In this document: in pieces, positions 20,479 to 29,030 of the stretch
How the letters are laid out: each line of letters begins with the position of its first letter
How positions within the stretch are numbered: position 1 is the first letter of the stretch
NCBI GenBank assembly: GCA_035526225.1
Contig: DATLCV010000001.1
Location: 6,212-70,211, forward strand
DNA from: Mycobacteriales bacterium
GTDB taxonomy: Bacteria > Actinomycetota > Actinomycetes > Mycobacteriales > SCTD01
Length of the DNA stretch: 64,000 nucleotides
Reading direction: 5' to 3'
Made by a program: the position numbers and the translations under genes
The notes under the pieces: generated by a model
The model's input: only the letters and a program-made list of their open reading frames with translations
What the model was told of the DNA's origin: nothing
Database searches by the model: none

Positions 20479-21191
20479 AGCTTCGAGCCCCTGCCGGTCC
20501 GGTCCGCCGGCGCGATGACCGTCGACAGGTACGGCGCCGGCCCCTCGGGCAGCGGACCGATCTGCTCACCCTGGAGCCCCAGAGCGGCGCCGAAGACCGC
20601 GGTGTGCAGCCGGCCGTGCAGCGCCAGGACCCGGCGTACGTCCTGCATCTGCCGGCCGCCCTTGTACGCCACCACGGAGTCGAAGTGCGTGAGCGCCTCT
20701 TCGAACGCCTCGAGCCCCGCGGTGAGGGGCAGCAGGGCCAGCGACTCGGTGCCCTCGCAGAGCACCGTGCCGGACCGCGCCGCGAGGTCCTGCATCGCGG
20801 TGATGCCAGGAACCGTGTCGATCTCGACGTTGGGCAGCTGCTCACGGACGACGTCGGCGAGGTAGGTGAAGGTGCTGTAGACGTTGGGGTCACCGATGGT
20901 CGCGAAGGCCACAGTCCCCTTGTCCTGCAGGGCATCTGACACGACGTCCGCCGCCGCGACCCAGGCCTGCTCGCGCTCCGGCGTCACGCCGCCGCGGTCG
21001 TCGAGCGCGAAGACGAGCCGCTGCACGCGATCGTGCGTCACGTGGGCCCGCACCGTCGCCTCGGCTCGTCCCACCTCGTCGAGCGACATGACAGGTACGA
21101 CGACGAGCGCCGCCTCCTGCAGCACCCGCACCGCCTTGACGGTGACGAGCTCGGGGTCGCCCGGACCCATGCCGACGCCGGTGAGCCTCAT
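20475..21191 (-). CDS. cobI: Precorrin-2 C20-methyltransferase
   Basis: LTGVGMGPGDPELVTVKA, ATIGDPNVYSTF, VPGITA. The ATG at 21191 forms an ATGA overlap with the cobB stop. The upstream ORF extension was rejected. Confidence 0.88.
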   Translation of the reverse strand: MRLTGVGMGPGDPELVTVKAVRVLQEAALVVVPVMSLDEVGRAEATVRAHVTHDRVQRLVFALDDRGGVTPEREQAWVAAADVVSDALQDKGTVAFATIGDPNVYSTFTYLADVVREQLPNVEIDTVPGITAMQDLAARSGTVLCEGTESLALLPLTAGLEAFEEALTHFDSVVAYKGGRQMQDVRRVLALHGRLHTAVFGAALGLQGEQIGPLPEGPAPYLSTVIAPADRTGRGSKL

Positions 21192-22531
21192 GCCGCGACC
21201 ACCTGCCGAGCCGCCGCCGCGACCAGCCCGGTCGCGAGCGACGGCACCCCGGCCGGGTGCAGGTGCAGGTACGACGCGACGGTGCTGTCGGTCGCGAAGC
21301 CCTCGGGCTCGCCGTCGAGGAGCCAGGCTGCGCGCGACCCCGCGCGCGGCTCCACCGTCGTGCGGTGGAACTCGTGTCCGTGCACCCGGGTGCCCACTGG
21401 GGCCACGAGGGTGTCCTGCGGCGCGACCGCCTCGCGGTAGCCCAGGGTCAGCCGTTCGGTCATCCGGGCCGACGCAGGCACCTGGCCCGCCATGGCGTGA
21501 CCGTCGAGGGTGGCGCAGAGCACGAGCAGCCCGGCGCACTCGGCGTACGTGGGCAGGCCCGCACCCACGCTCGACCGCAGGTTCGCGAGCAGGGGGGTGT
21601 TCGCGGAGAGCTGGTGGGCGAAGACCTCGGGGAAGCCGCCGGGGAGCACCACAGCGCCGGTGCCGGCGGGCAGGGCCTCGTCGCGGAGCGGGTCGAAGAC
21701 GGCCACCTCGGCGCCGGCAGCGACGAGGCACTCCGACAGCTCGCTGTAGGCGAAGGTGAAGGCCGGCCCGCCTGCAACGGCGACCACCGGACGGGCAGTG
21801 GTCTCGGCTCGTGACGGCGCCCACGGAGCAGCACCGAGATCCCCTGCGGTACGGGCGATCTCGAGGATGGCGTCCAGGTCGCAGGACGCTGCGACGAGCT
21901 GGCCGAGCCGCTCCACGGTGGCGACAGCCTCAGCCGCGCGCTCGGCCACGGGCACGAGCCCTAGGTGCCGCGAGGGCGCCTCGACCGAGGCGTCGCGCCG
22001 GATCGCGCCGAGCACCCGGAAGCGCGGTGCGAGGGCCTCCCGCAGCACCTGCTCGTGCCGGTCGCTCGCCACACGGTTCAGCACCACCCCCGCCACCCGG
22101 ACGGCGGGGTCGAAGCTGTCGAAGCCCTGCACGAGAGCTGCCACAGACCTCGACTGCGAGGAGGCGTCGACGACGAGCACCACCGGTGCGCCTACCAGGG
22201 TGGCCACGTGGGCGGTGGACCCGAACGACGTGCTGCCCTTTCCGTCGTACAGGCCCATGACGCCCTCGATCACCGCGACGTCCGCACCAGCAGCGCCGTG
22301 CAGCAGCAGCGGCGCGATGCGCGGGACGCCGACGAGCACCGGGTCCAGGTTGCGGCCGGGACGGCCGGTCGCCAGCGCGTGGTAGCCGGGGTCGATGTAG
22401 TCGGGCCCGACCTTGTGCGGCGACACGACGAGGCCGCGGGCGCGCAGTGCGGCCATCAGGCCGGTGGCGACCGTCGTCTTGCCTGCGCCGCTGGACGGCG
22501 CGGCGACCACGAGCCGCGGCAGGCTCACCAC
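21188..22531 (-). CDS. cobB: Cobyrinic acid a,c-diamide synthase
   Basis: P-loop APSSGAGKTTVATGL, KVGPDYIDP, and GATase Cys context YAECAGLLVL. Confidence 0.92.
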   Translation of the reverse strand: MVSLPRLVVAAPSSGAGKTTVATGLMAALRARGLVVSPHKVGPDYIDPGYHALATGRPGRNLDPVLVGVPRIAPLLLHGAAGADVAVIEGVMGLYDGKGSTSFGSTAHVATLVGAPVVLVVDASSQSRSVAALVQGFDSFDPAVRVAGVVLNRVASDRHEQVLREALAPRFRVLGAIRRDASVEAPSRHLGLVPVAERAAEAVATVERLGQLVAASCDLDAILEIARTAGDLGAAPWAPSRAETTARPVVAVAGGPAFTFAYSELSECLVAAGAEVAVFDPLRDEALPAGTGAVVLPGGFPEVFAHQLSANTPLLANLRSSVGAGLPTYAECAGLLVLCATLDGHAMAGQVPASARMTERLTLGYREAVAPQDTLVAPVGTRVHGHEFHRTTVEPRAGSRAAWLLDGEPEGFATDSTVASYLHLHPAGVPSLATGLVAAAARQVVAA

Positions 22532-22589
22532 GACATCGTTCGCTTCGGCTCTCGCTCGCTCCGCAGGCCCCGCGAGCTCGCTTCTACGC

Positions 22590-23195
22590 TCACCACTCGA
22601 TCCCCCGCTGGCCCTTCTGCCCCGCGTCCATGGGGTGCTTGACCTTGCGGGTCTCCATGACGAGGTCGGCGACCTCGACGAGCCGCGGGTCCGCGTCGCG
22701 GCCGGTGATGACGACGTGCTGCGTGCCGGGCCGGTCCAGCAGCGTCTGCACCACGTCGTCGACCGGCACCCAGCCCCACTTCATGGGGTAGGTGAACTCG
22801 TCGAGCACGTAGAAGTCGTAGGTCTGCGCCGCGAGGTCGCGCTTGACCTGGTCCCAGCCCTCGAGGGCGTTCGCGGCGTGGTCCTCGTCGGTGCCCTGCT
22901 TGCGGGTCCAGGACCACCCCTCGCCCATCTTGTGCCAGGTCACGCTGCCGCCCTCAGCGCTCTCACCCAGGACGCGCAGGGCCTGCTCCTCGCCGACCCT
23001 CCACTTGGCGCTCTTGACGAACTGGAAGACCCCGATCGACCAGCCCTGGTTCCACGCCCGCAGCGCCAACCCGAAGGCCGCGGTCGACTTGCCCTTCATC
23101 TCGCCCGTGTGCACGACGACCAGCGGCCGGTTGCGCCGCTGCCGCGTCGTCAGCCCGTCGTCCGGTATGGCGGACGGCTGGCCCTGGGGCGCCAT
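22590..23195 (-). CDS. cobO: Cob(I)yrinic acid a,c-diamide adenosyltransferase
   Basis: VVVHTGEMKGKSTAAFGLALRA, LDEFTY, ITGR. The ATG at 23195 lies one nt after the upstream stop. Confidence 0.9.
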   Translation of the reverse strand: MAPQGQPSAIPDDGLTTRQRRNRPLVVVHTGEMKGKSTAAFGLALRAWNQGWSIGVFQFVKSAKWRVGEEQALRVLGESAEGGSVTWHKMGEGWSWTRKQGTDEDHAANALEGWDQVKRDLAAQTYDFYVLDEFTYPMKWGWVPVDDVVQTLLDRPGTQHVVITGRDADPRLVEVADLVMETRKVKHPMDAGQKGQRGIEW

Positions 23196-23196
23196 C

Positions 23197-25194
23197 TCAG
23201 GCCGCCTTCGCGATGGAGGTGAGAGCCTCGACGGAGAGCTCCTGCAGACGCAGCACGAGCGCACCCAGGTGCTCGCCGAGCTCGGCGGCGAGCCCGAGTC
23301 GCACAGGCCCGCTCTCGCAGTCGACGACGACGAACGCGGCACTGCCGGCCAGGTAGCGCGCGGCGAGCTCGGGCGCCGGCCCGCTGGTGTGACGCCCGTC
23401 GGTGACGACCACGACCAGTGCGCGGCGGTCGGGGTCGCGCACTGCCTCGACCCGCAGCACCTCTGCGGTGCGCAGAAGCCCTGCGGTCAAAGGCGTCCGC
23501 CCCCCTGTGGGCAGAGCCCGGAGGCGCTGCGCAGCGGCCTCGACGCTGCTCGTCGGAGGGAGGTCGAGCGACGCGCCGTCACCACGGAAGGTCACCAGAG
23601 CCACCTTGTCACGGCGCTGGTAGGCGTCGGTCAGCAGTGAGAGCACAGCGCCCTTCACCGCGCTCATCCGCTGCCGGGCGGCCATCGAACCGCTGGCGTC
23701 GACGAGGAAGAGCACGAGGTTGCCCTCACGGCCCTCCCGCACCGCCTCGCGCAGGTCGTCGCGGCGCAGCCGCAGCGCGGCGCTGTCCCGCCCGCGGGCG
23801 AGCTGGTGCGGCGCGGCAGCGCGCAGGGTGGCCGTGAGGTGCAGGTGGGCCAGCTGGCCCCGCGGGGTGCGTGACCCGGTGAGCCGGCCGCTGCCTCCCT
23901 CGGCCCGGGACCGCCGACCCGCGGCGCCACCGCGCTGGTTGACGCCCGGCACCGACAGCTGCACGGGGCGGAACGTCTCCCCCACCCCCTGCGACGTGTC
24001 AGGCCGTGAGCCGGTCCCAACTCGCTCAGGACCTGACAGGCCGGGGGCGCCCCCCTGCTCCCGCGAGCTGTCAGGCTCTGCGCGAGTCCCAGCCTCCTCA
24101 GGACCTGACAACTCGGAAGAGGAGGGTGGGGGAGGGCCGCCGCCGCCCGGGGGCTCGGGGTCGTCGTCGGGCGCGGCGTCGGGACCGTCGGTCACCGAGT
24201 CCAGGGCCTCCTCGAGGCGGTCCTCGTCCAGGCCAGGCGCCTCGAAGGGCGTTCGCCGGCGCCGGTGCGGCAGCGCGAGGCGCGCGGCGGTGCGCACGTC
24301 CTCGGTCGTGACGTCGTCACGACCGGCCCAGGCGGCCAGCGCCATGGCCGCCTTCGCTGTGACCAGGTCGGCGCGCAGGCCGTCCACGCCAAAGGCTGCG
24401 CACACGGTCGTGATCTCACGCAGGGCCCGGTCACCCAGCACGACGTGCGGCAACCGCTCACGCGCGGCGGCGATCTGCTTCGCGAGGTCGGCGTCCGCTG
24501 CCGCCCACTCGGCCGCGAAGGCCTCGGGCGCGGCCTCGTAGGCCAGCCTGCGTCGTACGACGTCTGCTCGCTCCGACGGGTCCCGCGTCGCTGTCACCTC
24601 GACCGTGAGGCCGAACCGGTCGAGCAGCTGCGGACGCAGCTCGCCCTCCTCGGGGTTCATCGTGCCCACGAGCAGGAAGCGCGCGGCGTGCCGCACCGAG
24701 ACGCCCTCGCGCTCGACGTACGACGTGCCGAGGGCGGCGGCGTCGAGCAGCAGGTCCACGAGGTGGTCGTGCAGCAAGTTGACCTCGTCGACGTAGAGCA
24801 CACCGCGGTGCGCGGCTGCGAGCAGCCCGGGCTCGTACGCCGAGACACCCGTCGTGAGGGCCCGCTCGAGGTCGAGGGACCCGACCAGGCGGTCCTCCGA
24901 GGCACCCACGGGCAGCTCGACGAGCCGCGCGGGACGGGTGTCGGCCGCGCCGTGCTGCGCGACGTCGGGGCAGGACGGATCAGGCGAGGCGGGGTCACAG
25001 GAGAACCGGCAGCTCTCCAGCACGTCGACCCCGGGCAGCAGTGCTGCAAGAGCGCGCACGACGGTCGACTTGGCGGTGCCCTTCTCGCCTCGCACGAGCA
25101 CCCCGCCGACGGCGGGCGAGACCGCGTTCACCACGAGGGCGAGGCGCAGGTCGTCGAGGCCGACGACGGCGCTGAAGGGGTACCCGCTGCTCAC
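23197..25194 (-). CDS. ChlI/ChlD-type AAA+ - VWA fusion, putative ATPase partner of CobN cobaltochelatase
   Basis: N-terminal AAA+ (RGEKGTAKST, Walker B LYVDEVNLL), a Pro/Gly-rich linker, and a C-terminal VWA domain with MIDAS VDASGSM. Sits in the cob operon. Confidence 0.88.
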   Translation of the reverse strand: MSSGYPFSAVVGLDDLRLALVVNAVSPAVGGVLVRGEKGTAKSTVVRALAALLPGVDVLESCRFSCDPASPDPSCPDVAQHGAADTRPARLVELPVGASEDRLVGSLDLERALTTGVSAYEPGLLAAAHRGVLYVDEVNLLHDHLVDLLLDAAALGTSYVEREGVSVRHAARFLLVGTMNPEEGELRPQLLDRFGLTVEVTATRDPSERADVVRRRLAYEAAPEAFAAEWAAADADLAKQIAAARERLPHVVLGDRALREITTVCAAFGVDGLRADLVTAKAAMALAAWAGRDDVTTEDVRTAARLALPHRRRRTPFEAPGLDEDRLEEALDSVTDGPDAAPDDDPEPPGGGGPPPPSSSELSGPEEAGTRAEPDSSREQGGAPGLSGPERVGTGSRPDTSQGVGETFRPVQLSVPGVNQRGGAAGRRSRAEGGSGRLTGSRTPRGQLAHLHLTATLRAAAPHQLARGRDSAALRLRRDDLREAVREGREGNLVLFLVDASGSMAARQRMSAVKGAVLSLLTDAYQRRDKVALVTFRGDGASLDLPPTSSVEAAAQRLRALPTGGRTPLTAGLLRTAEVLRVEAVRDPDRRALVVVVTDGRHTSGPAPELAARYLAGSAAFVVVDCESGPVRLGLAAELGEHLGALVLRLQELSVEALTSIAKAA
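23987..24110. repeat. In-frame double-hairpin element, copy 1 (four alternating TGTCAGG/CCTGACA heptamers)
   Basis: TGTCAGG 23997-24003, CCTGACA 24032-24038, TGTCAGG 24069-24075, CCTGACA 24104-24110, preceded by the left flank CCCCCTGCGA. The geometry matches the copy at 41285-41408. Confidence 0.75.
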
Positions 25195-25268
25195 GAGACG
25201 GTGCCTTCCTCAGGGTCCGCGCCGGCTTCCCCTGCGCCCATCGCTTGCGGGCCCACTCTACTGAGCCC

Positions 25269-26135
25269 TCAGGTGAAGACCACCGTGCGGGAGCCGTTGC
25301 GCAGCACGCGGTGCTCCAGGTGCCAGCGGACCGCCCTCGCCAGGCACACGGTCTCGAGGTCGGCGCCCGTCGCCGCCAGCTGCTCGGGGGTGTGCGCGTG
25401 GGTGACGCGCGCCACCTCCTGCTCGATGATCGGCCCCTCGTCGAGCTCGGCCGTGACGTAGTGCGCCGTGGCGCCGATGAGCTTCACGCCCCGGTCGTGC
25501 GCCTGGTGGTAGGGCCGAGCGCCCTTGAAGCTCGGCAGGAAGCTGTGGTGGATGTTGATCGTGTCCGGGAGCCGCTGGACGAGGGCGTCGCTGAGGACCT
25601 GCATGTACCTCGCCAGCACCACGAGGTCCGTGCCGGCGGCCAGCTCGGCGATGCGGTCCTCGTCCTTGTTCGCGACCTGGTGGAAGGGCAGCCCGTACCC
25701 CTCGACCAGCCCGCGGAAGTCCTCGTGGTTGCTCACCACACCGACGATGTCCGCGGGCAGGGTCCCCGCCGTACGGCGGTAGAGCAGGTCGTGCAGGCAG
25801 TGGCCTTGCCGGCTCACCAGCACGAGCACCTTCTCCTTGACGGCGAGGTCGTGCAGCTGCCAGTCCATGGCGAACTCCGTCGCGAGGGCCGGGAAGGACT
25901 CCCGCAGCCCGGCGCCGCCCTCCACGTGCACCCGCATGAAGAACCGGCCGGTGTCGTGGTCGCCGTACTGCTGGCTGTCCACGATGTTGGCGCCGTGCGC
26001 CACGAGCAGGCCGGTGACCGCGTGCACGATCCCCACGCGGTCCGGGCACGAGAGCGTCAGGACAAGATCCACGACCGACACGGTACGGCGAGTGGCGTGC
26101 GGCACAGGTTTGCTCCGCGTGGGGAAGCGCATCAT
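25269..26135 (-). CDS. purU: Formyltetrahydrofolate deformylase
   Basis: ACT-like N-terminus (LVLTLSCPDRVGIVHAV) plus formyltransferase core INIHHSFLPSFKGARPYHQA. The start is ambiguous: ATG 26135/26132 or GTG 26081. The 738-aa ORF-track version was rejected. Confidence 0.88.
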   Translation of the reverse strand: MMRFPTRSKPVPHATRRTVSVVDLVLTLSCPDRVGIVHAVTGLLVAHGANIVDSQQYGDHDTGRFFMRVHVEGGAGLRESFPALATEFAMDWQLHDLAVKEKVLVLVSRQGHCLHDLLYRRTAGTLPADIVGVVSNHEDFRGLVEGYGLPFHQVANKDEDRIAELAAGTDLVVLARYMQVLSDALVQRLPDTINIHHSFLPSFKGARPYHQAHDRGVKLIGATAHYVTAELDEGPIIEQEVARVTHAHTPEQLAATGADLETVCLARAVRWHLEHRVLRNGSRTVVFT

Positions 26136-26141
26136 CCGCGC

Positions 26142-27128
26142 GTGCGTACTGCTGTCGTCCTGGGTGCTGGTGGCTTCACCGGGCAGGCCTTCCACGCCGG
26201 GGCGCTCTGCGCCCTGGAGGAGGTCGCCGGCTTCGACGCGCGCGAGGCGCACGTGCTCGTCGGCACCTCGGCCGGCTCCCTTGTCGCCGCCGGGCTCGCG
26301 GGCGGGCTCGCAGCGAGCGACCTGACGGCCGAGCTGCTCGGCGACCCGTTGAGCGAGGAGGGGCAGCTTCGGCGCACCGCGGCGCGCGGGCAGGTCGAGG
26401 CGGCGAGCGCGATCCCCGAGCCCGGCTCCGCCGGCCGTTGGCCGCTGGACCCGCTCGTGCTGCTCCGCGTGGCGCGTCGCCCGTTCCGCAGCCGGCCGGC
26501 CGCCGTCGTGTCCAGCCTGCTGCCTCCCGGGAGGGTCGACACCGCGCCCCTGGCCCGCAGCGTGCGCTACCTGCACGGGAACACGTGGCCCGACCGCGAC
26601 CTGCGCATCTGCGCCGTGCGGGCCCGCGACGCGCGCCGGGTCGTGTTCGGCACCCCCCGCGCCCCCCGCACCGATGTCGGCACCGCCGTCGCCGCGAGCT
26701 GCGCCATCCCGGCGTACTTCGCCCCGGTGCGCATCGACGGCCACTCCTACGTCGACGGCGGGATGCACTCCCCCACGAACGCCGACGTGGTGCTGAGGGA
26801 CGCACCGGACCTGGTCGTGGTGCTCTCCCCCATGTCGGTCGGCAGCGGCGTCGGGCTGCGCCCGGACCTCGGGGTCCGGCTCGCGATGAAGCGGCGCCTC
26901 AACGGCGAGCTGCGCCGGCTGCGCCGGGCCGGCATGCGCACGCTCGTGATCGAGCCGGGGCGCGACGACCTCGCTGTCATGGGCTTCAACCCCATGCACG
27001 GCGGGCGCATCGACGAGGTCGTGGAAACGGTCGCGGCGTCCGTGCGTGCCCACCTCGAACGCCACCCCGACGTCCTCGAGCTGCTGGCTGCGGCCGGCCC
27101 CGCCGGGCGCTTGGAGACCGCGCGGTAG
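26142..27128 (+). CDS. Patatin-like phospholipase
   Basis: Oxyanion GAGGFTG, nucleophile GTSAGS and catalytic Asp in VDGG. The GTG at 26142 is the closest in-frame start upstream of the GxGxxG motif. Confidence 0.8.
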   Translation: MRTAVVLGAGGFTGQAFHAGALCALEEVAGFDAREAHVLVGTSAGSLVAAGLAGGLAASDLTAELLGDPLSEEGQLRRTAARGQVEAASAIPEPGSAGRWPLDPLVLLRVARRPFRSRPAAVVSSLLPPGRVDTAPLARSVRYLHGNTWPDRDLRICAVRARDARRVVFGTPRAPRTDVGTAVAASCAIPAYFAPVRIDGHSYVDGGMHSPTNADVVLRDAPDLVVVLSPMSVGSGVGLRPDLGVRLAMKRRLNGELRRLRRAGMRTLVIEPGRDDLAVMGFNPMHGGRIDEVVETVAASVRAHLERHPDVLELLAAAGPAGRLETAR

Positions 27129-27177
27129 GACGGGTTCGTCACCCGTCACAGGTACGGTCCCTCCCCAGGAGGTGACC

Positions 27178-28134
27178 GTGGACCACGTCATCGAGGCGCG
27201 CGGCCTCGTCAAGAGGTACGCCGGGCGCAAGCGCACGGTCGTCGCGCTCGACGGGCTCGACCTGTCGGTGCCCCAGGGACGGGTGCTGGGTCTGCTGGGT
27301 CCGAACGGCGCCGGCAAGACCACCGCGGTCCGCATCCTCTGCACGCTGCTCGAGCCCGACGAGGGCACCGCCCGCGTCGCCGGCATCGATGTCGTGAAGG
27401 ACCCGCGGGAGGCGCGGCGGCGCATCGGGCTGTCGGGCCAGAGCGCTGCGGTCGACGAGTACCTCACAGGCCGCGAGAACCTCACGATGGTCGGACGCCT
27501 CTACAAGCTCGGTGCTCCCCGGTCCAGGGAACGGGCTGCCTCGCTCCTCGCGTCCTTCGACCTCGAGGACGCGGCCGACCGTCCGGTGAAGACGTACTCA
27601 GGCGGCATGCGGCGCCGCCTCGACCTCGCCGCCGCGCTGGTGGCGGAACCGCCCGTGCTGTTCCTCGACGAGCCGACGACCGGGCTCGACCCGCGCAGCC
27701 GCCAGGACCTGTGGGACGTCATCCGCGAGCTCGTCCGGGGCGGCACCACCCTGCTGCTCACGACGCAGTACCTGGAGGAGGCGGACCGCCTCTGCGACGA
27801 CATCGTGGTCGTCGACCGCGGCAGCGCGATCGCGCAGGGCACCCCCGACGAGCTCAAGGCCAAGGTCGGCGGCGAGCGCGTCGAGGTGGTCGTCGCCGAT
27901 CCCGCGGACGTCCCGGTCGCCCACGCCGCACTGGCCCGGCTGGCGGTCGGGGAGGTCGCCAGCGACGTCGCGGAGCGACGCGTCACCGCCCCGGTCGCGG
28001 ACGGGCAGGCGGACCTCGCGCGTGCCCTGCGCGCCCTGAAGGGGGTGCGCGTCACCGAGATCGGGCTGCGCCGCCCCACGCTCGACGACGTGTTCCTGTC
28101 CCTCACCGGGCACGCCAGCAAGGAGCGGTCGTGA
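27178..28134 (+). CDS. ABC transporter ATP-binding protein (DrrA/ABC-2 type)
   Basis: AGGAGG lies 5 nt before the GTG at 27178. Walker A GPNGAGKTT, signature YSGGMRRRL, Walker B LFLDEPT. Confidence 0.9.
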   Translation: MDHVIEARGLVKRYAGRKRTVVALDGLDLSVPQGRVLGLLGPNGAGKTTAVRILCTLLEPDEGTARVAGIDVVKDPREARRRIGLSGQSAAVDEYLTGRENLTMVGRLYKLGAPRSRERAASLLASFDLEDAADRPVKTYSGGMRRRLDLAAALVAEPPVLFLDEPTTGLDPRSRQDLWDVIRELVRGGTTLLLTTQYLEEADRLCDDIVVVDRGSAIAQGTPDELKAKVGGERVEVVVADPADVPVAHAALARLAVGEVASDVAERRVTAPVADGQADLARALRALKGVRVTEIGLRRPTLDDVFLSLTGHASKERS

Positions 28135-28934
28135 ACACCCTGGTCGAGGCCTTCGCGGATGGCGCCGTCATCGTGCGGCGCAACCTCATCAAGATCTACC
28201 GCGTCCCGGAGATCCTGCTGTTCACCTTGGTCTCGCCGATCATGTTCGTGCTGCTTTTCGCCTACGTCTTCGGCAGCGCCATCGAGCTCGAGGGCACCAG
28301 CTACCGCGAGTTCCTCATCGCCGGGATCTTCGCCCAGACGGTGATCTTCGGCTCGACCTGGACCGGCGCCTCCCTCGCGGAGGACATGCAGAAGGGCGTC
28401 ATCGACCGCTTCCGCTCGCTGCCGATGTCACGATCGGCGCTGCTCGTCGGCCGCACCGCGAGTGACGTCTTCATCAACCTCATCAGCATCGTGGTGATGG
28501 CGTCCACCGGGCTGCTGGTCGGCTGGCGCATCCGGACGTCGTGGTGGGAGGCACTCGCCGGGTTCGCGCTGCTGCTGCTGTTCGCGTACGCGTTCTCCTG
28601 GGTGATGGCCTGGGTCGGGCTGCTCGTGCCCGGCCCCGAGGTGGTCAACAACGCGAGCTTCGTCGTCATCTTCCCGCTCACCTTCGTCGCCAACACCTTC
28701 GTCCCTCTCGAGACCCTCCCGCCGGTCCTCAAGGTGTTCGCAGAGTGGAACCCGGTGTCGTCGGTCACCCAGGCCACCCGGGACCTGTTCGGGAACGGCG
28801 CCGGGGTGCCCGCCCTTTCCGACGCCTGGCCGATCAGCCACCCGGTCCTCTACACGCTCCTGTGGTGCCTGCTCATCCTGGCCGTCTTCGTGCCGCTCTC
28901 GGTCCGCACGTACAAGACCGCCTCCGCCCGCTGA
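28131..28934 (+). CDS. ABC-2 type transporter permease
   Basis: GTGA overlap with the ATPase stop. Six hydrophobic helices and ABC-2 family features (FRSLPMSRSALLVGR). Confidence 0.88.
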   Translation: MNTLVEAFADGAVIVRRNLIKIYRVPEILLFTLVSPIMFVLLFAYVFGSAIELEGTSYREFLIAGIFAQTVIFGSTWTGASLAEDMQKGVIDRFRSLPMSRSALLVGRTASDVFINLISIVVMASTGLLVGWRIRTSWWEALAGFALLLLFAYAFSWVMAWVGLLVPGPEVVNNASFVVIFPLTFVANTFVPLETLPPVLKVFAEWNPVSSVTQATRDLFGNGAGVPALSDAWPISHPVLYTLLWCLLILAVFVPLSVRTYKTASAR

Positions 28935-29030
28935 GGCAAGCCCAGGAGGGATGACAACCTCCCGGACCTGCTGCGCGTCTCCTGGTGTGCGCCCTCCATC
29001 GAGGGGGGCGACCAGCTTGGGGAGCACGCC

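Noticed and set aside
22532-25268. Looked for cobalamin riboswitches ahead of the cob operons, in the gaps 22532-22589, 25195-25268, 35279-35303 and 41941-41951
   Set aside because: The gaps are 11-74 nt, too short for a ~130-200-nt aptamer, and no B12 box is visible in them.
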